Origin: an uncultured delta proteobacterium
Lineage (GTDB): Bacteria; Myxococcota; B64-G9
DNA length: 64,000 bases
Direction of reading: 5' to 3'
Assembly: GCA_963754925.1 (NCBI GenBank)
Contig: CAVWHX010000004.1
Span: forward strand, 896,001-960,000
A model generated the notes under the pieces. It was not told the DNA's origin. It made no database searches and saw only the letters and a list, made by a program, of their open reading frames with translations. Positions within the stretch are counted from its first letter, which is position 1, and each line of letters begins with the position of its first letter. Below, in pieces: positions 1 through 10,200 of this stretch. The translations under genes and the position numbers were made by a program.

Positions 1-774
1 ATCCGCCGCACCCCCAGCATCCGTGATGTGGTCGTCTCCGGTGGCGATCCGTTGTGTTTCTCAACCGCCAAGCTGGAAAGCATTTTGGTCAAAGTTCGCT
101 CTATCCCACATGTTGAAGTGATCCGCATCGGCACCCGTGTTCCGGTGACCTTGCCCCAACGGGTAACCGACGACCTGTGCACGATGCTCCAGCGGTATCA
201 CCCGCTCTGGATCAACACGCACTTCAATAATCCGCGGGAGTGCACGCCGGAATCGGCAAATGCTATTGATAAGTTGTTGCGCGCCGGCATCCCCATCAAT
301 AACCAGTGCGTGCTGTTGCATGGCGTCAACGACGATGTTGCCACCATGAAAATGTTGATGCATGCCTTGATGCGTATGCGTGTTCGACCCTACTACGTCT
401 TCCAATGCGATCCGGTGAACGGCACCGAGCACCTGCGCACCCCTATCTCCAAAGGCATCGAGATCATGGAGCGCCTGCGCGGTCACACCAGCGGGTTGTG
501 TATCCCCACCTTTGTTATCGATTCCCCCGGCGGCGGCGGCAAGATTCCGGTTGGTCCCGAGTATTTGCTCGCCTACGATCAGAAGGAAGGTCACGCCACC
601 CTGCGCAACTTCCAGGGCAAGATCTACGAGTATCACGATCCGCGGCCCGAGCGCACGTTGGTCCACCTCACCGTGGCCGCGCGCGAGGACAAGCAGGCCA
701 AGAACACGAATAGAAGTACTTGGGTTCGCCGGCGGCGCGCGCGCACCCAACCGGTGCGGGCCAAAAGCGGCTAG
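1..774 (+). CDS. KamA-family radical SAM aminomutase (lysine 2,3-aminomutase-like), 5' end outside the window
   Basis: Motifs SGGDPL, IRIGTRVPVTLPQR, NTHFN, NQxVLL, RVRPYY, RGHTSG and DSPGGGGKIP (PLP lysine). The CxxxCxxC motif would lie upstream of the window. Confidence 0.92.
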   Translation: MRRTPSIRDVVVSGGDPLCFSTAKLESILVKVRSIPHVEVIRIGTRVPVTLPQRVTDDLCTMLQRYHPLWINTHFNNPRECTPESANAIDKLLRAGIPINNQCVLLHGVNDDVATMKMLMHALMRMRVRPYYVFQCDPVNGTEHLRTPISKGIEIMERLRGHTSGLCIPTFVIDSPGGGGKIPVGPEYLLAYDQKEGHATLRNFQGKIYEYHDPRPERTLVHLTVAAREDKQAKNTNRSTWVRRRRARTQPVRAKSG

Positions 775-1080
775 AGTCTGTAGCGAGCGGAGCGAGGCGT
801 ACAGAGTCTTGTCCCTTTAGGGGTTAGAGACTGTTACGACCGAAGGGAGTTACAGTCTCTTGTCCCTTTAGGGGCTAGAGACTGTAGCGAGCGTAGCGAG
901 GCGTATAAAAGATTTTTGACGAACGAAGTGAGGATTACAAGCTCTTATCCTATGGACAGTCTCTTGTCCCCGAAGGGGGCTTGGGTTTTCTCTCACCAAT
1001 AGTGGAAAAGCTCTTGTCTTTTGGGGCTAGAGATTGTAACTAACGAGAGGGGTATACTCTTATCCCCGAAGGGGACTAGG
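771..1080. repeat. Cluster of REP-like palindromic repeats (TCTTRTCCC-TTTA/CGAA-GGGG-CTAGAGA alternating with GAGCGGAGCGA / GACCGAAGGGAG / GAACGAAGTGAG cores)
   Basis: Copies of the TCTTRTCCC...GGGG hairpin near 807, 858, 962, 1012 and 1058. The stretch ctgtagcgagcg(g/t)agcgaggcgta occurs twice (778, 882). Confidence 0.8.
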
Positions 1081-1091
1081 AACAAGACCTC

Positions 1092-2081
1092 ATGGAAATC
1101 GGCATTGCCTATGATCTCAAGAGCGACTTTTCGGCTCAGTCGGACGACCCCGAGGATCGTTTCGAAGAATACGACAACCAGGCGACCATCAATGGTATCG
1201 CCGCGGCGCTCGAGGCTGCCGGCCATCGCACGCGTTTTTTGGGCGGCGGACGCCGCTTCATCGAGCAGGTCTTGGCGCAACCACCTGAGCTGGTCTTTAA
1301 CATCGCCGAGGGTTGTGGCACCCGCTCGCGTGAGGCGCACGTTCCAAGCGTGCTCGAGATGTTACATATACCGTACACACATAGCGACCCGCTTACCCTG
1401 GCAGTGACCCTCGACAAAGCCATCGCCAAACGCCTCGTGGCAGCGCAGGGGCTACCCACCCCCGGCTTTGCCGTGATCGAGCACCTTAAGCAACTCAGTG
1501 ATGTGCGGCTTCAGTTTCCGGTTATCACCAAGCCGCTCTTTGAAGGCTCGAGTATGGGCATTCGTAAGACGTCCCGCGTGACGGACCAAGCATCCTTGCA
1601 TAATCAAATCGAACGGCTACTCGCCGACTATCGCCAACCGGTGCTCCTGGAGGAGTTTTGCAGTGGGCCGGAATTCACCGTCGGCGTGTTGGGAAACGGA
1701 TCGAAGGCCGGTGTTATCGGCATCATGGAGATTCAGCCGCGTCGCGGAAAGCTCGAAGACTTCGTCTACTCACTGGAAGTCAAGCGCAACTATCTTGAAG
1801 AGGTTGAATACCGCGTTCCCCCCGATCAACCCCCTGCGCTGCTCAACCTGATCGAAAATATTGCGCTCGGCGTCTACCGCGCGCTGGACTGCCGGGATGT
1901 TGCGCGGGTGGATCTGCGGGTTTCAGCCTCTGGCAAGCCAAAATTTATTGAAATTAACCCGCTGCCCGGTCTCAACCCGACCACCGGTGACATAGTTATT
2001 CTTTCATCGCGGGCAGGGATATCGTATGATACCTTAATTGGTAGGATTGTCGCAGCGGCGCGCGAGCGAAACCGGATCTAA
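1092..2081 (+). CDS. ATP-grasp ligase, D-Ala-D-Ala ligase-like family
   Basis: VFNIAEG, IPYTHS, LDKAIAK, KPLFEGSS, EEFCSGPEFTVGVL, ARVDLR, EINPLPG. Confidence 0.88.
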   Translation: MEIGIAYDLKSDFSAQSDDPEDRFEEYDNQATINGIAAALEAAGHRTRFLGGGRRFIEQVLAQPPELVFNIAEGCGTRSREAHVPSVLEMLHIPYTHSDPLTLAVTLDKAIAKRLVAAQGLPTPGFAVIEHLKQLSDVRLQFPVITKPLFEGSSMGIRKTSRVTDQASLHNQIERLLADYRQPVLLEEFCSGPEFTVGVLGNGSKAGVIGIMEIQPRRGKLEDFVYSLEVKRNYLEEVEYRVPPDQPPALLNLIENIALGVYRALDCRDVARVDLRVSASGKPKFIEINPLPGLNPTTGDIVILSSRAGISYDTLIGRIVAAARERNRI

Positions 2082-2229
2082 GCCACGGCTTAACAAGGGA
2101 GGATCTGGCCCGAGGCATGCTATCATCGCCAGAGCACGGGAACGGGTACCGTGCACGGGAACCCCCCTTTGGGGATATCCGAAGGGGATCGTCAGATAGA
2201 CCGGCAGGAACATGAACGTACCGTAACCG

Positions 2230-3228
2230 ATGCATGTACTTATTCTCTATAACCTAGAACAAGACGTGCGTAGCGGCGAGGTTGCCGACTCGTTGGCCGT
2301 CAATGCCGTGGAGGGCGCAGCCACGGCCGTCGAGCGGGCGTGCATCGAATGTGGTTGGGAGGCGACGCGCTGCTGTGCGCCCGAAGATCCCGTAGCGTTT
2401 CTTGCGCTGCTCAGCAGCGTGCAGGCCGACGTGGTCTTCAATTTGGTCGAGTCGCTCAAGGGCGACGCCCGCCTCGAAACAGGCGCTATTTGGCTCTATG
2501 AGCTGGCCGGGTTACCCTACACCGGCTCGCCGCCGCGAGCGACTATGTTGGCGTTGGAAAAACCGGTCACCCGCGCGCTGCTTTCCGTCCATGGAGTGCC
2601 GATCCCGGCCGGACAATTATTTGAGTTTGGTAATGAGCCGCTCGATGGATTACGCCCACCGTGGATTGTCAAGCCCGCGCGCGAGGATGCCAGCCACGGC
2701 ATCACCCTGGAGAGCGTGGTGTACGATGAGCGTTCTCTCCGCGAGCGAATTCATTACATTTACGAACGCTACCAGCAGGCGGCGCTCGTCGAGGAGTTTA
2801 TTGCTGGACGTGAATTCAATGTCTCGATTCTTGGCGAAGGAGCAGACATCGTCGCCCTGTCGCTGGCCGAGATCGATTACACCAATTTTCCACCCGGTCC
2901 GCGCCTCATCACCTACAATGCCAAGTGGATGGATGACAGTCCCGAGTGCACCGGATCTGTCCCCATCGCGGCTACCAATCTCTCGGACGAGCTGCGCACA
3001 CGCATCACCGAAGTCGCTCTCGCGGCCTATCGCATCATTGGTCTGCGCGACTATGGCCGGGTCGATCTGCGCTTGCACCCCGAGGCTGGTCCCTTGGTCT
3101 TGGATGTAAACGCGAACCCCGACCTATCGCCCGACGCCGGACTGGCCCGGGCCGCCGCAAGGAGTGGCATTGACTATGTCTCCCTCATCCAGCGCATCGT
3201 CACCCGCGCGCTCGAACGCGCCCGTTAA
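2230..3228 (+). CDS. Second ATP-grasp ligase, D-Ala-D-Ala ligase-like family
   Basis: VFNLVES, LPYTGS, KPAREDAS, EEFIAGREFNVS, TYNAKW, YGRVDLR, DVNANPD. Confidence 0.88.
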   Translation: MHVLILYNLEQDVRSGEVADSLAVNAVEGAATAVERACIECGWEATRCCAPEDPVAFLALLSSVQADVVFNLVESLKGDARLETGAIWLYELAGLPYTGSPPRATMLALEKPVTRALLSVHGVPIPAGQLFEFGNEPLDGLRPPWIVKPAREDASHGITLESVVYDERSLRERIHYIYERYQQAALVEEFIAGREFNVSILGEGADIVALSLAEIDYTNFPPGPRLITYNAKWMDDSPECTGSVPIAATNLSDELRTRITEVALAAYRIIGLRDYGRVDLRLHPEAGPLVLDVNANPDLSPDAGLARAAARSGIDYVSLIQRIVTRALERAR

Positions 3229-3706
3229 GATCCGTGAGCTGCGCGCATCCGATCGCCTCCCCCTCACCGAACTGCTGCGCGAAACTGGCGCTTTTGACGA
3301 GCATGAAATAGCCGTCGCGTTGGAACTTATCGAGCGCGGCTGTGCGCCTGACAACATCGATTACCTTTTCAAAATAGCCGAGGATGAAAAATATCGCGTG
3401 GTCGGTTACGCGTGCTATGGCTTGGTTCCACTCACCGACGTGGTTTACGATCTTTATTGGATTGCGGTGCATCCAAAAAGCCAGGGCAAGAAGGTCGGCC
3501 GACACCTGATACGGGCCGTCGAGCAGGCCGTCAGAGAGATCGGCGGGCGCATGCTGTTGATTGAAACAGCATCCAAGGTCGAGTACCAACCCACCCGCGC
3601 CTTTTACGAGCGCGTAGGTTACCAAGAAATAGCCCGCATTCCGGACTTCTACCGCATCGGCGACGACAAGATTATTTATCGAAAGAAATTTGATCCGAAA
3701 ACGTAA
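3176..3706 (+). CDS. GNAT-family N-acetyltransferase
   Basis: YDLYWIAVHPKSQGKKVG (acetyl-CoA motif A), RAFYERVGY. Start uncertain (3164, 3170 or 3176). Confidence 0.88.
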   Translation: MSPSSSASSPARSNAPVKIRELRASDRLPLTELLRETGAFDEHEIAVALELIERGCAPDNIDYLFKIAEDEKYRVVGYACYGLVPLTDVVYDLYWIAVHPKSQGKKVGRHLIRAVEQAVREIGGRMLLIETASKVEYQPTRAFYERVGYQEIARIPDFYRIGDDKIIYRKKFDPKT

Positions 3707-3796
3707 CTAACCAGCTTCAGGCAGCAGAAGCGGCGTCTGTTGAGGTACGCAACCTATATGACCACGGACGCTCTGTGACACTTTGCCGGGTACCTA

Positions 3797-4627
3797 CTAT
3801 TTTGACTTGAGGACCGTATCGAATCCAGGCAATTCATCAATCTTCGGCATAAAGACGATCTCGACCCGGCGGTTCTGCGCCTTGTTTTCCGGTGAATCAT
3901 TCGGCGCGATCGGGTCGAACTCGGCGTTGCCGGCCCCGCTTATCATCTCCGGCGGGACCCCAGCATCCACCATCAACTTGACCACCTCGATCGCCCGTTG
4001 CGAAGAAAGCTCCCAATTAGAAGGAAAGCGTGCGGTCATAATCGGGGTCGAGTCTGAATGACCCACCACCTGAAACCGACGCTCGGGAAAGCCTTTTATG
4101 GTATTGGCGATTTCGGTTATGGCGACCTTGGCGTCGGGTTTGAGTTGCGCGCTACCAGAGGCGAAGAGCACATCGCTTTGCATCTGCACCACCATCCGAC
4201 CGTTACGCACCTTCACCTGCAAGGTTCCGGCGTCGATCATCTTGCGAAACTTCTCAAGCAACGAGCGGAAGTCGGCGTTACGGGCCTCGGCGGCCGCGCG
4301 CATTTTCCGTAGCTCATCTACCTCCTGAGTCAAGCTGCCTTTCTCCTTGAGAAGTTGATCGACGTCTTGACCCATGGAAGTGAGCTTTGACTCAAGGATC
4401 TGTTTTTGGCTCAACGCCGTGTCCAGCTTGTCCTCACAATCTTTCTTTTGGCTCGTGAGGTCGCTGCGGGTGTCCTCGAGCGCTTTCTGGTCAGCGGCTT
4501 TCTGATCTTCCATAGCTTTGTTCATCTCCGCCACTTTTGCATCGAAGGTGCCGGTCGTAACGCAGCCGGTAAAAAGAAAAGAAACAAACAAGCTCACACT
4601 AATGCCCAAACCTATGATCCGGATCAT
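3797..4627 (-). CDS. OmpA/MotB-family peptidoglycan-binding lipoprotein with coiled-coil stalk
   Basis: GGAGG RBS before ATG at 4627; lipobox LFTGC; VLFASGSAQL, VVGHSD, NWELSSQRA, NRRVEIV. Confidence 0.88.
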   Translation of the reverse strand: MIRIIGLGISVSLFVSFLFTGCVTTGTFDAKVAEMNKAMEDQKAADQKALEDTRSDLTSQKKDCEDKLDTALSQKQILESKLTSMGQDVDQLLKEKGSLTQEVDELRKMRAAAEARNADFRSLLEKFRKMIDAGTLQVKVRNGRMVVQMQSDVLFASGSAQLKPDAKVAITEIANTIKGFPERRFQVVGHSDSTPIMTARFPSNWELSSQRAIEVVKLMVDAGVPPEMISGAGNAEFDPIAPNDSPENKAQNRRVEIVFMPKIDELPGFDTVLKSK

Positions 4628-4855
4628 GATAACCTCCGCCGTTAGAAGTACTCTTGCGTTTCGAAGAATGGTTAATACTCCAGCTTGGTCCGCTTGGCAA
4701 CCAGAAAGCTCAACAAAATGGGTAAGATTATTTTTTGATACCATAGCCAGGTGTAACCACACAATATTCTGTTGCTGTTTAATTTCTTTCACGGCATGCT
4801 CAGGGCACCTTTCTATGGATGCATTGAGATCATGGACAATCGGGAGGTCTCTGCC

Positions 4856-5161
4856 ATGTTTGTTGTGTGTGTTACGGTCTGGGTGAAAGCAGGATTTGAA
4901 CAGGAGTTTATCGAGGCTACGCGGGACAATCACGAGAATACGCGCAAGGAGCCAGGCAACGTACGTTTTGATGTCCTGCAAAAGGAGGACGAACCAACTC
5001 GGTTCTTCCTCTATGAGGTCTACCGCACAAAAGCGGACGTTGACCAGCACAAGCAAACCGGCCACTACCAACGCTGGAGTAAAACCGTGGCGAATTGGAT
5101 GGCCAAGCCCAGGGAAGGCGTACGCCATGCGTCGCTTTTTCCAACCGCGAGCGGATGGTAA
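4856..5161 (+). CDS. Antibiotic biosynthesis monooxygenase-family protein (LsrG-like)
   Basis: GGAGG RBS; EPGNVRFDVLQ, FFLYEVY, HKQTGHY. Confidence 0.82.
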   Translation: MFVVCVTVWVKAGFEQEFIEATRDNHENTRKEPGNVRFDVLQKEDEPTRFFLYEVYRTKADVDQHKQTGHYQRWSKTVANWMAKPREGVRHASLFPTASGW

Positions 5162-5194
5162 AGAATCCCTGCGTCGTTATCGATGGGGAGGACT

Positions 5195-6376
5195 ATGATG
5201 CAGTTCGAATTCATGACCGCCGGGAGGATTATTTACGGCCGGGGTGTGTTTCAGCAAATCGGTCAACTCATAGCCGAACGCGGCAGAAACATTCTCATCG
5301 TTCGCGGCGGTAACCATCTTGAGCAGTCCGGGATACTGAAGCGGCTTCAATCAGATCTTGACTTACGGGAACTCAAACAAACGTTTTACACCGTGCAGGG
5401 AGAGACAACGCCAGAGGCAGTAGCCGCCGTGCTGGAGGCTGCCCGGAAGAACGATTGCGACGCGGTGATAGGCCTGGGAGGCGGAAGTGTCATCGATGCC
5501 GCCAAAGCTGCCGCTTCTCTTTCGACCAACGGCGGCGATCTATTCGATTACCTTGAAGGCATCGGCAGCGGCCAACAGCTGACGAAACCCGCCCTTCCGC
5601 TGATCGCGGTTCCCACGACCGCTGGAACCGGTTCCGAGGTGACAAAAAATGCCGTTATCACCGTGGCCGGGAAAAAAGCCAAGGTCAGCCTGCGCAGCCC
5701 CCATCTTATTCCCGCCATAGCATTGGTCGACCCACAGCTCACCGATCACCTTCCTCCCGCCATCACCGCAAGCACAGGCTTAGACGCGCTTTCCCAGCTG
5801 ATCGAAACCTATGTCACGAAACGGGCAAACCCGATGACTGATAGTCTTAGCCTGACGGGTATTCGGTTGTGTGCTCGCTCATTGCACCGGGTTTTTCAAA
5901 ACGGGCAGGACCAGGACGGCCGCGACGATCTGGCGTTAGCGGCCTTATTGAGCGGTATCTGCTTAGCAAACGCCGGACTCGGAGCCATCCATGGCTTGGC
6001 CGCACCACTGGGGGCTTGCTTTCCCATCCCGCATGGGGTGGCCTGCGGACGACTTCTCCCGTCGGTTATAAAGGCCAATATCGATGCGTTAAGTTCACTC
6101 GATAGGCAAAACTTCTATCTGAGCCGGTTTGTTGACGTGGCCGAGGCCTGGCTCGGTACCCGGAGGCTTGAACAAAACGCTCTGGTCGATTCATTGGTCC
6201 ATCATCTTAATAAGCTTATTTCTAATCTTAATCTTCCGAGCCTTAAATCGTTTGGAGTTTCACATCAAGATCTGCCTATGCTAGCTGAAAAATCCATACA
6301 TTCCAGCTCGATGCGAGGAAATCCGGTGGTACTTTCCGAAAAAACTCTGATCGACATATTGGGACAGGCGTTATGA
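5195..6376 (+). CDS. Iron-containing alcohol dehydrogenase
   Basis: GLGGGSVIDAAK, PTTAGTGSEVT, GLDAL, GLGAIHG, IPHGVAC. Confidence 0.93.
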   Translation: MMQFEFMTAGRIIYGRGVFQQIGQLIAERGRNILIVRGGNHLEQSGILKRLQSDLDLRELKQTFYTVQGETTPEAVAAVLEAARKNDCDAVIGLGGGSVIDAAKAAASLSTNGGDLFDYLEGIGSGQQLTKPALPLIAVPTTAGTGSEVTKNAVITVAGKKAKVSLRSPHLIPAIALVDPQLTDHLPPAITASTGLDALSQLIETYVTKRANPMTDSLSLTGIRLCARSLHRVFQNGQDQDGRDDLALAALLSGICLANAGLGAIHGLAAPLGACFPIPHGVACGRLLPSVIKANIDALSSLDRQNFYLSRFVDVAEAWLGTRRLEQNALVDSLVHHLNKLISNLNLPSLKSFGVSHQDLPMLAEKSIHSSSMRGNPVVLSEKTLIDILGQAL

Positions 6377-6576
6377 CTCTTCAACCAAACCTTGACTTGT
6401 TCTCAAACATATGTTTTAAGGCGCGCCGAATGCGATGGATCGCTTGGGTGATACCATGTTTTGCCTCCGTGCTTCGCCGGTAGCACAAAATACTTTTTTT
6501 GGCACTTGTCCCTACTACCTCAGGACGAGCGCAAAGAGACACTTTCACCGGTGAGAGTGCTCAAGGAGAGAGTCGG

Positions 6577-7137
6577 ATGAAAAAGCTTACGTTAGTAGTC
6601 ACGGTAGGGGTTGCGGTTGTGTTTATGGCAGCGTGTTCGATGAAGGCTTCCAAGGAAGATTGTATGGCTGCCTGCAAAAAGATTTCCGACCTACAGAAGG
6701 CTGCGACCGTAGCAGCGCCGAGCGAGGATACATCGGCTAAGGCGACCGAAGCGTTGGACGCAAAAGTAAAGGAGTTGCAGGATCAACAAGTTAAGTCAGG
6801 CGAAGATCTAGACAAAGAAATGGCGTCCAAGGTGGCCAGCGTCAAGAAAGAAGCCGACAAGGCCAAGATAGCAGAAGAATACAAGGCCAAAAAAGAAGAA
6901 GCATCGAGAGCATCGGCAAAGATGATGCAAGAAATCATGGATCAGAAGGCCCAGATCTTGAAAAACATTGAAGACGCCAAGATTAAGGCCGAAGCTGAAG
7001 CCGTCAAAATGGCCGAAGAAGCGGTTACTAGTTGCGTTGATGTGTGCCTCAAGAGCGGCTTCAAAAAGAAGTATACCGACTGCCAGAAGAATGCTGCGAA
7101 GTTCGAAGACATCGCCAAATGCGTTGGTAGTAAGTAA
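6577..7137 (+). CDS. Hypothetical Cys-containing coiled-coil lipoprotein
   Basis: AAGGAGAG RBS; signal MKKLTLVVTVGVAVVFMAAC with lipobox; CxxxC pairs at both ends around a K/E/A-rich helix. Confidence 0.7.
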   Translation: MKKLTLVVTVGVAVVFMAACSMKASKEDCMAACKKISDLQKAATVAAPSEDTSAKATEALDAKVKELQDQQVKSGEDLDKEMASKVASVKKEADKAKIAEEYKAKKEEASRASAKMMQEIMDQKAQILKNIEDAKIKAEAEAVKMAEEAVTSCVDVCLKSGFKKKYTDCQKNAAKFEDIAKCVGSK

Positions 7138-7274
7138 TACGCGGGCTTGGCCGTACGTCTATACGGCCATAAATGAAGATCGTGATATCGTAGATCATGG
7201 GGGCCATGCCCCGGTGAAATTCCTCGTTGCAACCTGATTCAAGAGTTTCGAGCACCCGTATCATAATTGCAGAG

Positions 7275-10200
7275 ATGCTGCAGGCACTCTCTCGTCACCG
7301 TCGAGTGCTCGTGCGCGGCTGTTCCAGAAACGCCCGACCGTGGTTTTTCGCACACCTGGCTACTACCAGCGGCCCCCCCTGGCTGTGGGTGTTGCCCGAC
7401 GAGCGCAGCGCAGAGACCGCGCTGGAGGCCGTTTTATTCTACCTGAGCCAAGCTGAACCGGTACCGGCCGATCCCTTTGTCGCTCGACCGCTGCTTTTTC
7501 CGCTTCACCAGGATCGCCTGTACGAGGACCTATCTCCCGATCGCCAAGCGTTGTTCGAGCGCATGGCGGTGCTCTTTCGCCTCTGCCAGCATGCTCCACC
7601 GCCCCTATTGATTACGAGCGTACCCGCCCTGCTTCGCCTCACGCTGCCACGTCAGAGTTTGGACAGTGCCAGTCTTCTGGTCATGGCCGGACAACTCCTC
7701 AACCGAACTGAGTTTACGCGTGCATTGGTACGGGCGGGCTACCTCAACGTGCCGTTGGTCGAAGACCCCGGTACCTTTGCCGTTCGGGGTGGCGTGTTGG
7801 ATGTTTTTGGTCCGCAGTTGCCAAACCCGATTCGCATCGAACTACTGGGCGATGAGGTCGAATCCATTCGTACATTTGATCCAAGCACCCAGTTGACGAA
7901 GACCCGGATCGAGAGCGCATTCATCGGACCGGTGCGTGAGATTCTCCAAGACGAGGAACACACGCAACGTGCCGTCCAGAGCATCAACGCATTGGCTGCT
8001 CAGCTCGATGTACCTTCACACCGCTTGCTCGAACACCGCCGGGCCCTCAAGGAAGGAGTGCGCTATTTCGGGATCGAGGCATTGCTGCCGGCTTTTTACC
8101 CCGCACTGGCATCCCTGTTTGATTACCTTCCTCACGACACCCGGTTAATCGTTGACAACCCCGGCGAGATCTTTGCCGCCGTCGAGCAGATCTGGGAACG
8201 AGCACGGGGTGCCTATCGCGAGGCGTTGGAAGTAGGCCTCCTGGCTTTCGCTCCCGACCGCTTGATGCTGAACGTTGAAACGATGCGTGAGCGCTTGGAG
8301 AGTTATCAACAGGTGGTCGTTGGTCCGGTCGAGCACGAAGGTGACTCCCGGTCCCCAGGAGAAATTCTGCTCAGTTCTGATGACGTGGTCGGTCTCAGAT
8401 CCAGAATTCAATCGGCCGGCGCTGCAGACGATCCCGTGGAACCGCTGGTCGACCTCCTCCGCACCTGGCGTCGAGCCGATCTGCGCCCTTTTTTAGTAGC
8501 CGCCCGTTCGGGACGCGCCCGCCAGTTACTGCAAATGCTGCAAGCGCGAAAGGTTGCCGTACGCATCGAAGACAAACCGTTCGAGCTGGCCTGGCTCGAA
8601 CAACATACCCCGGCGTTGGCTGCCCGGATTGTTTCGGGTGAGCTGCCGGGCGGTTTCATCTGCACATCGGCCGGGATCGCACTCCTTCCCGATAGTGAGA
8701 TATTTGGTCCGATACACGAGCGGGACGCGCTGCGAAGAACGCCGCGCCAGATGCCCAACGTCAAGCCGGGCGAACTGGTTGTTCACGTCGATTTTGGCAT
8801 TGGGCGCTTCGATGGTTTGGTCAGGATGCCCGTGGTCGGCAGCGAGGCTGATTTTCTGTTGCTCTCGTATCGCGGCGGCGACCGACTCTACCTGCCGGTT
8901 ACCCGCATGAACCTGATAGAACGCTACCAGGGACCTGAGGGCGTTATCCCGCCGCTCAGCAAACTCGGCGGCTCGGCATGGCAAACCACCAAGCAGCGCA
9001 TCCACCAGGCTCTCCTGGAGATAGCCGACGAGCTGGTCCGGATGGACGCCATACGCCGCGCCCGCCCCGGTCTTGCGGCACTGGCACCGGAGGAGAGTTA
9101 CCGTGAGCTCGAGACCTCCTTCCCGTTCGATGAGACCGACGATCAGCAGCGCGCCATCCAGGAGGTGCTGGCCGACGTGCAGCAGCCACGGGTCATGGAC
9201 CGTCTCCTGTGCGGCGATGTGGGTTTCGGCAAGACGGAGGTAGCGGTGCGCGCCGCGTTTCTCAACACGCTCTCGGGTCGCCAAACCGTCGTCCTGGTGC
9301 CAACCACGGTGCTCGCATTGCAGCACCTGAACACCTTCCGCAGCCGGCTCGAGCCGCATGGCGTGCGCGTCGAAATGATCTCCCGGTTGGTTTCCGCGCG
9401 GACGCAAAAGGCCATCGTAGCGCAGCTCGCCACGGGTCAGGTAGATGTGCTGATCGGCACGCATCGGCTGCTACGCGGGGACCTCGGATTTCGGCAGCTC
9501 GGGCTTCTGGTAATCGATGAGGAGCATCGATTCGGGGTGGTACACAAAGAAAAGCTCAAGCGCTTGAAAGAAGACGTCGACGTATTGACCATGACGGCGA
9601 CGCCGATCCCGCGCACGCTGCAGATGGCGCTCTCTGGCCTGCGCGACATCAGTGTCATCCAAACGCCTCCGCCGGGCCGACGCAGCATCCGCACCTTTAT
9701 CACGCGCTTCTCGACGCGGGTAATAGGCGACGCCATCCGGCAAGAGCTCGCGCGCGGCGGCCAAGTCTTCTTCCTACACAATTGGGTGCGTAGTTTGCCG
9801 GCCATGCAACGCTACCTCAATCGAATCGTTCCCGAGGCCCGTACGGGCATAGCCCACGGTCAGATGAGTAAACACCAGCTTGAACGGGTCATGACCGACT
9901 TTGTTCGGCATACGATTGATGTGCTCGTGTGCACCTCGATTATCGAGTCCGGTTTGGATATTCCGACGGCTAATACGATTCTGGTCAATCGCGCCGATCA
10001 CTTTGGCCTGGCCCAGCTCTACCAGATTCGCGGCCGGGTGGGCCGCAGCGCCGATCGCGCGTACGCGTACTTCTTGATCCCTGGGCTCGACGCCATCACA
10101 CGCGACGCACGCCGGCGCCTGGAAATTCTCATGGACGCCTCCGAGCTCGGCGCCGGATACCGTATCGCGAGCCATGACCTCGAGTTGCGAGGGGCGGGCA

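Noticed and set aside
771..1080. CRISPR array
   Set aside because: Repeats are degenerate and irregularly spaced, the spacers resemble each other, and there are no cas genes.
4628..5128. N-terminal extension of the 443-aa OmpA ORF
   Set aside because: It overlaps the LsrG-like gene antisense; the RBS and lipoprotein signal begin at 4627.
6405..6416. AAACATATGTTT palindrome as a LexA box upstream of the lipoprotein and mfd
   Set aside because: It deviates from GAAC-N4-GTTC and from the myxobacterial box; single instance.
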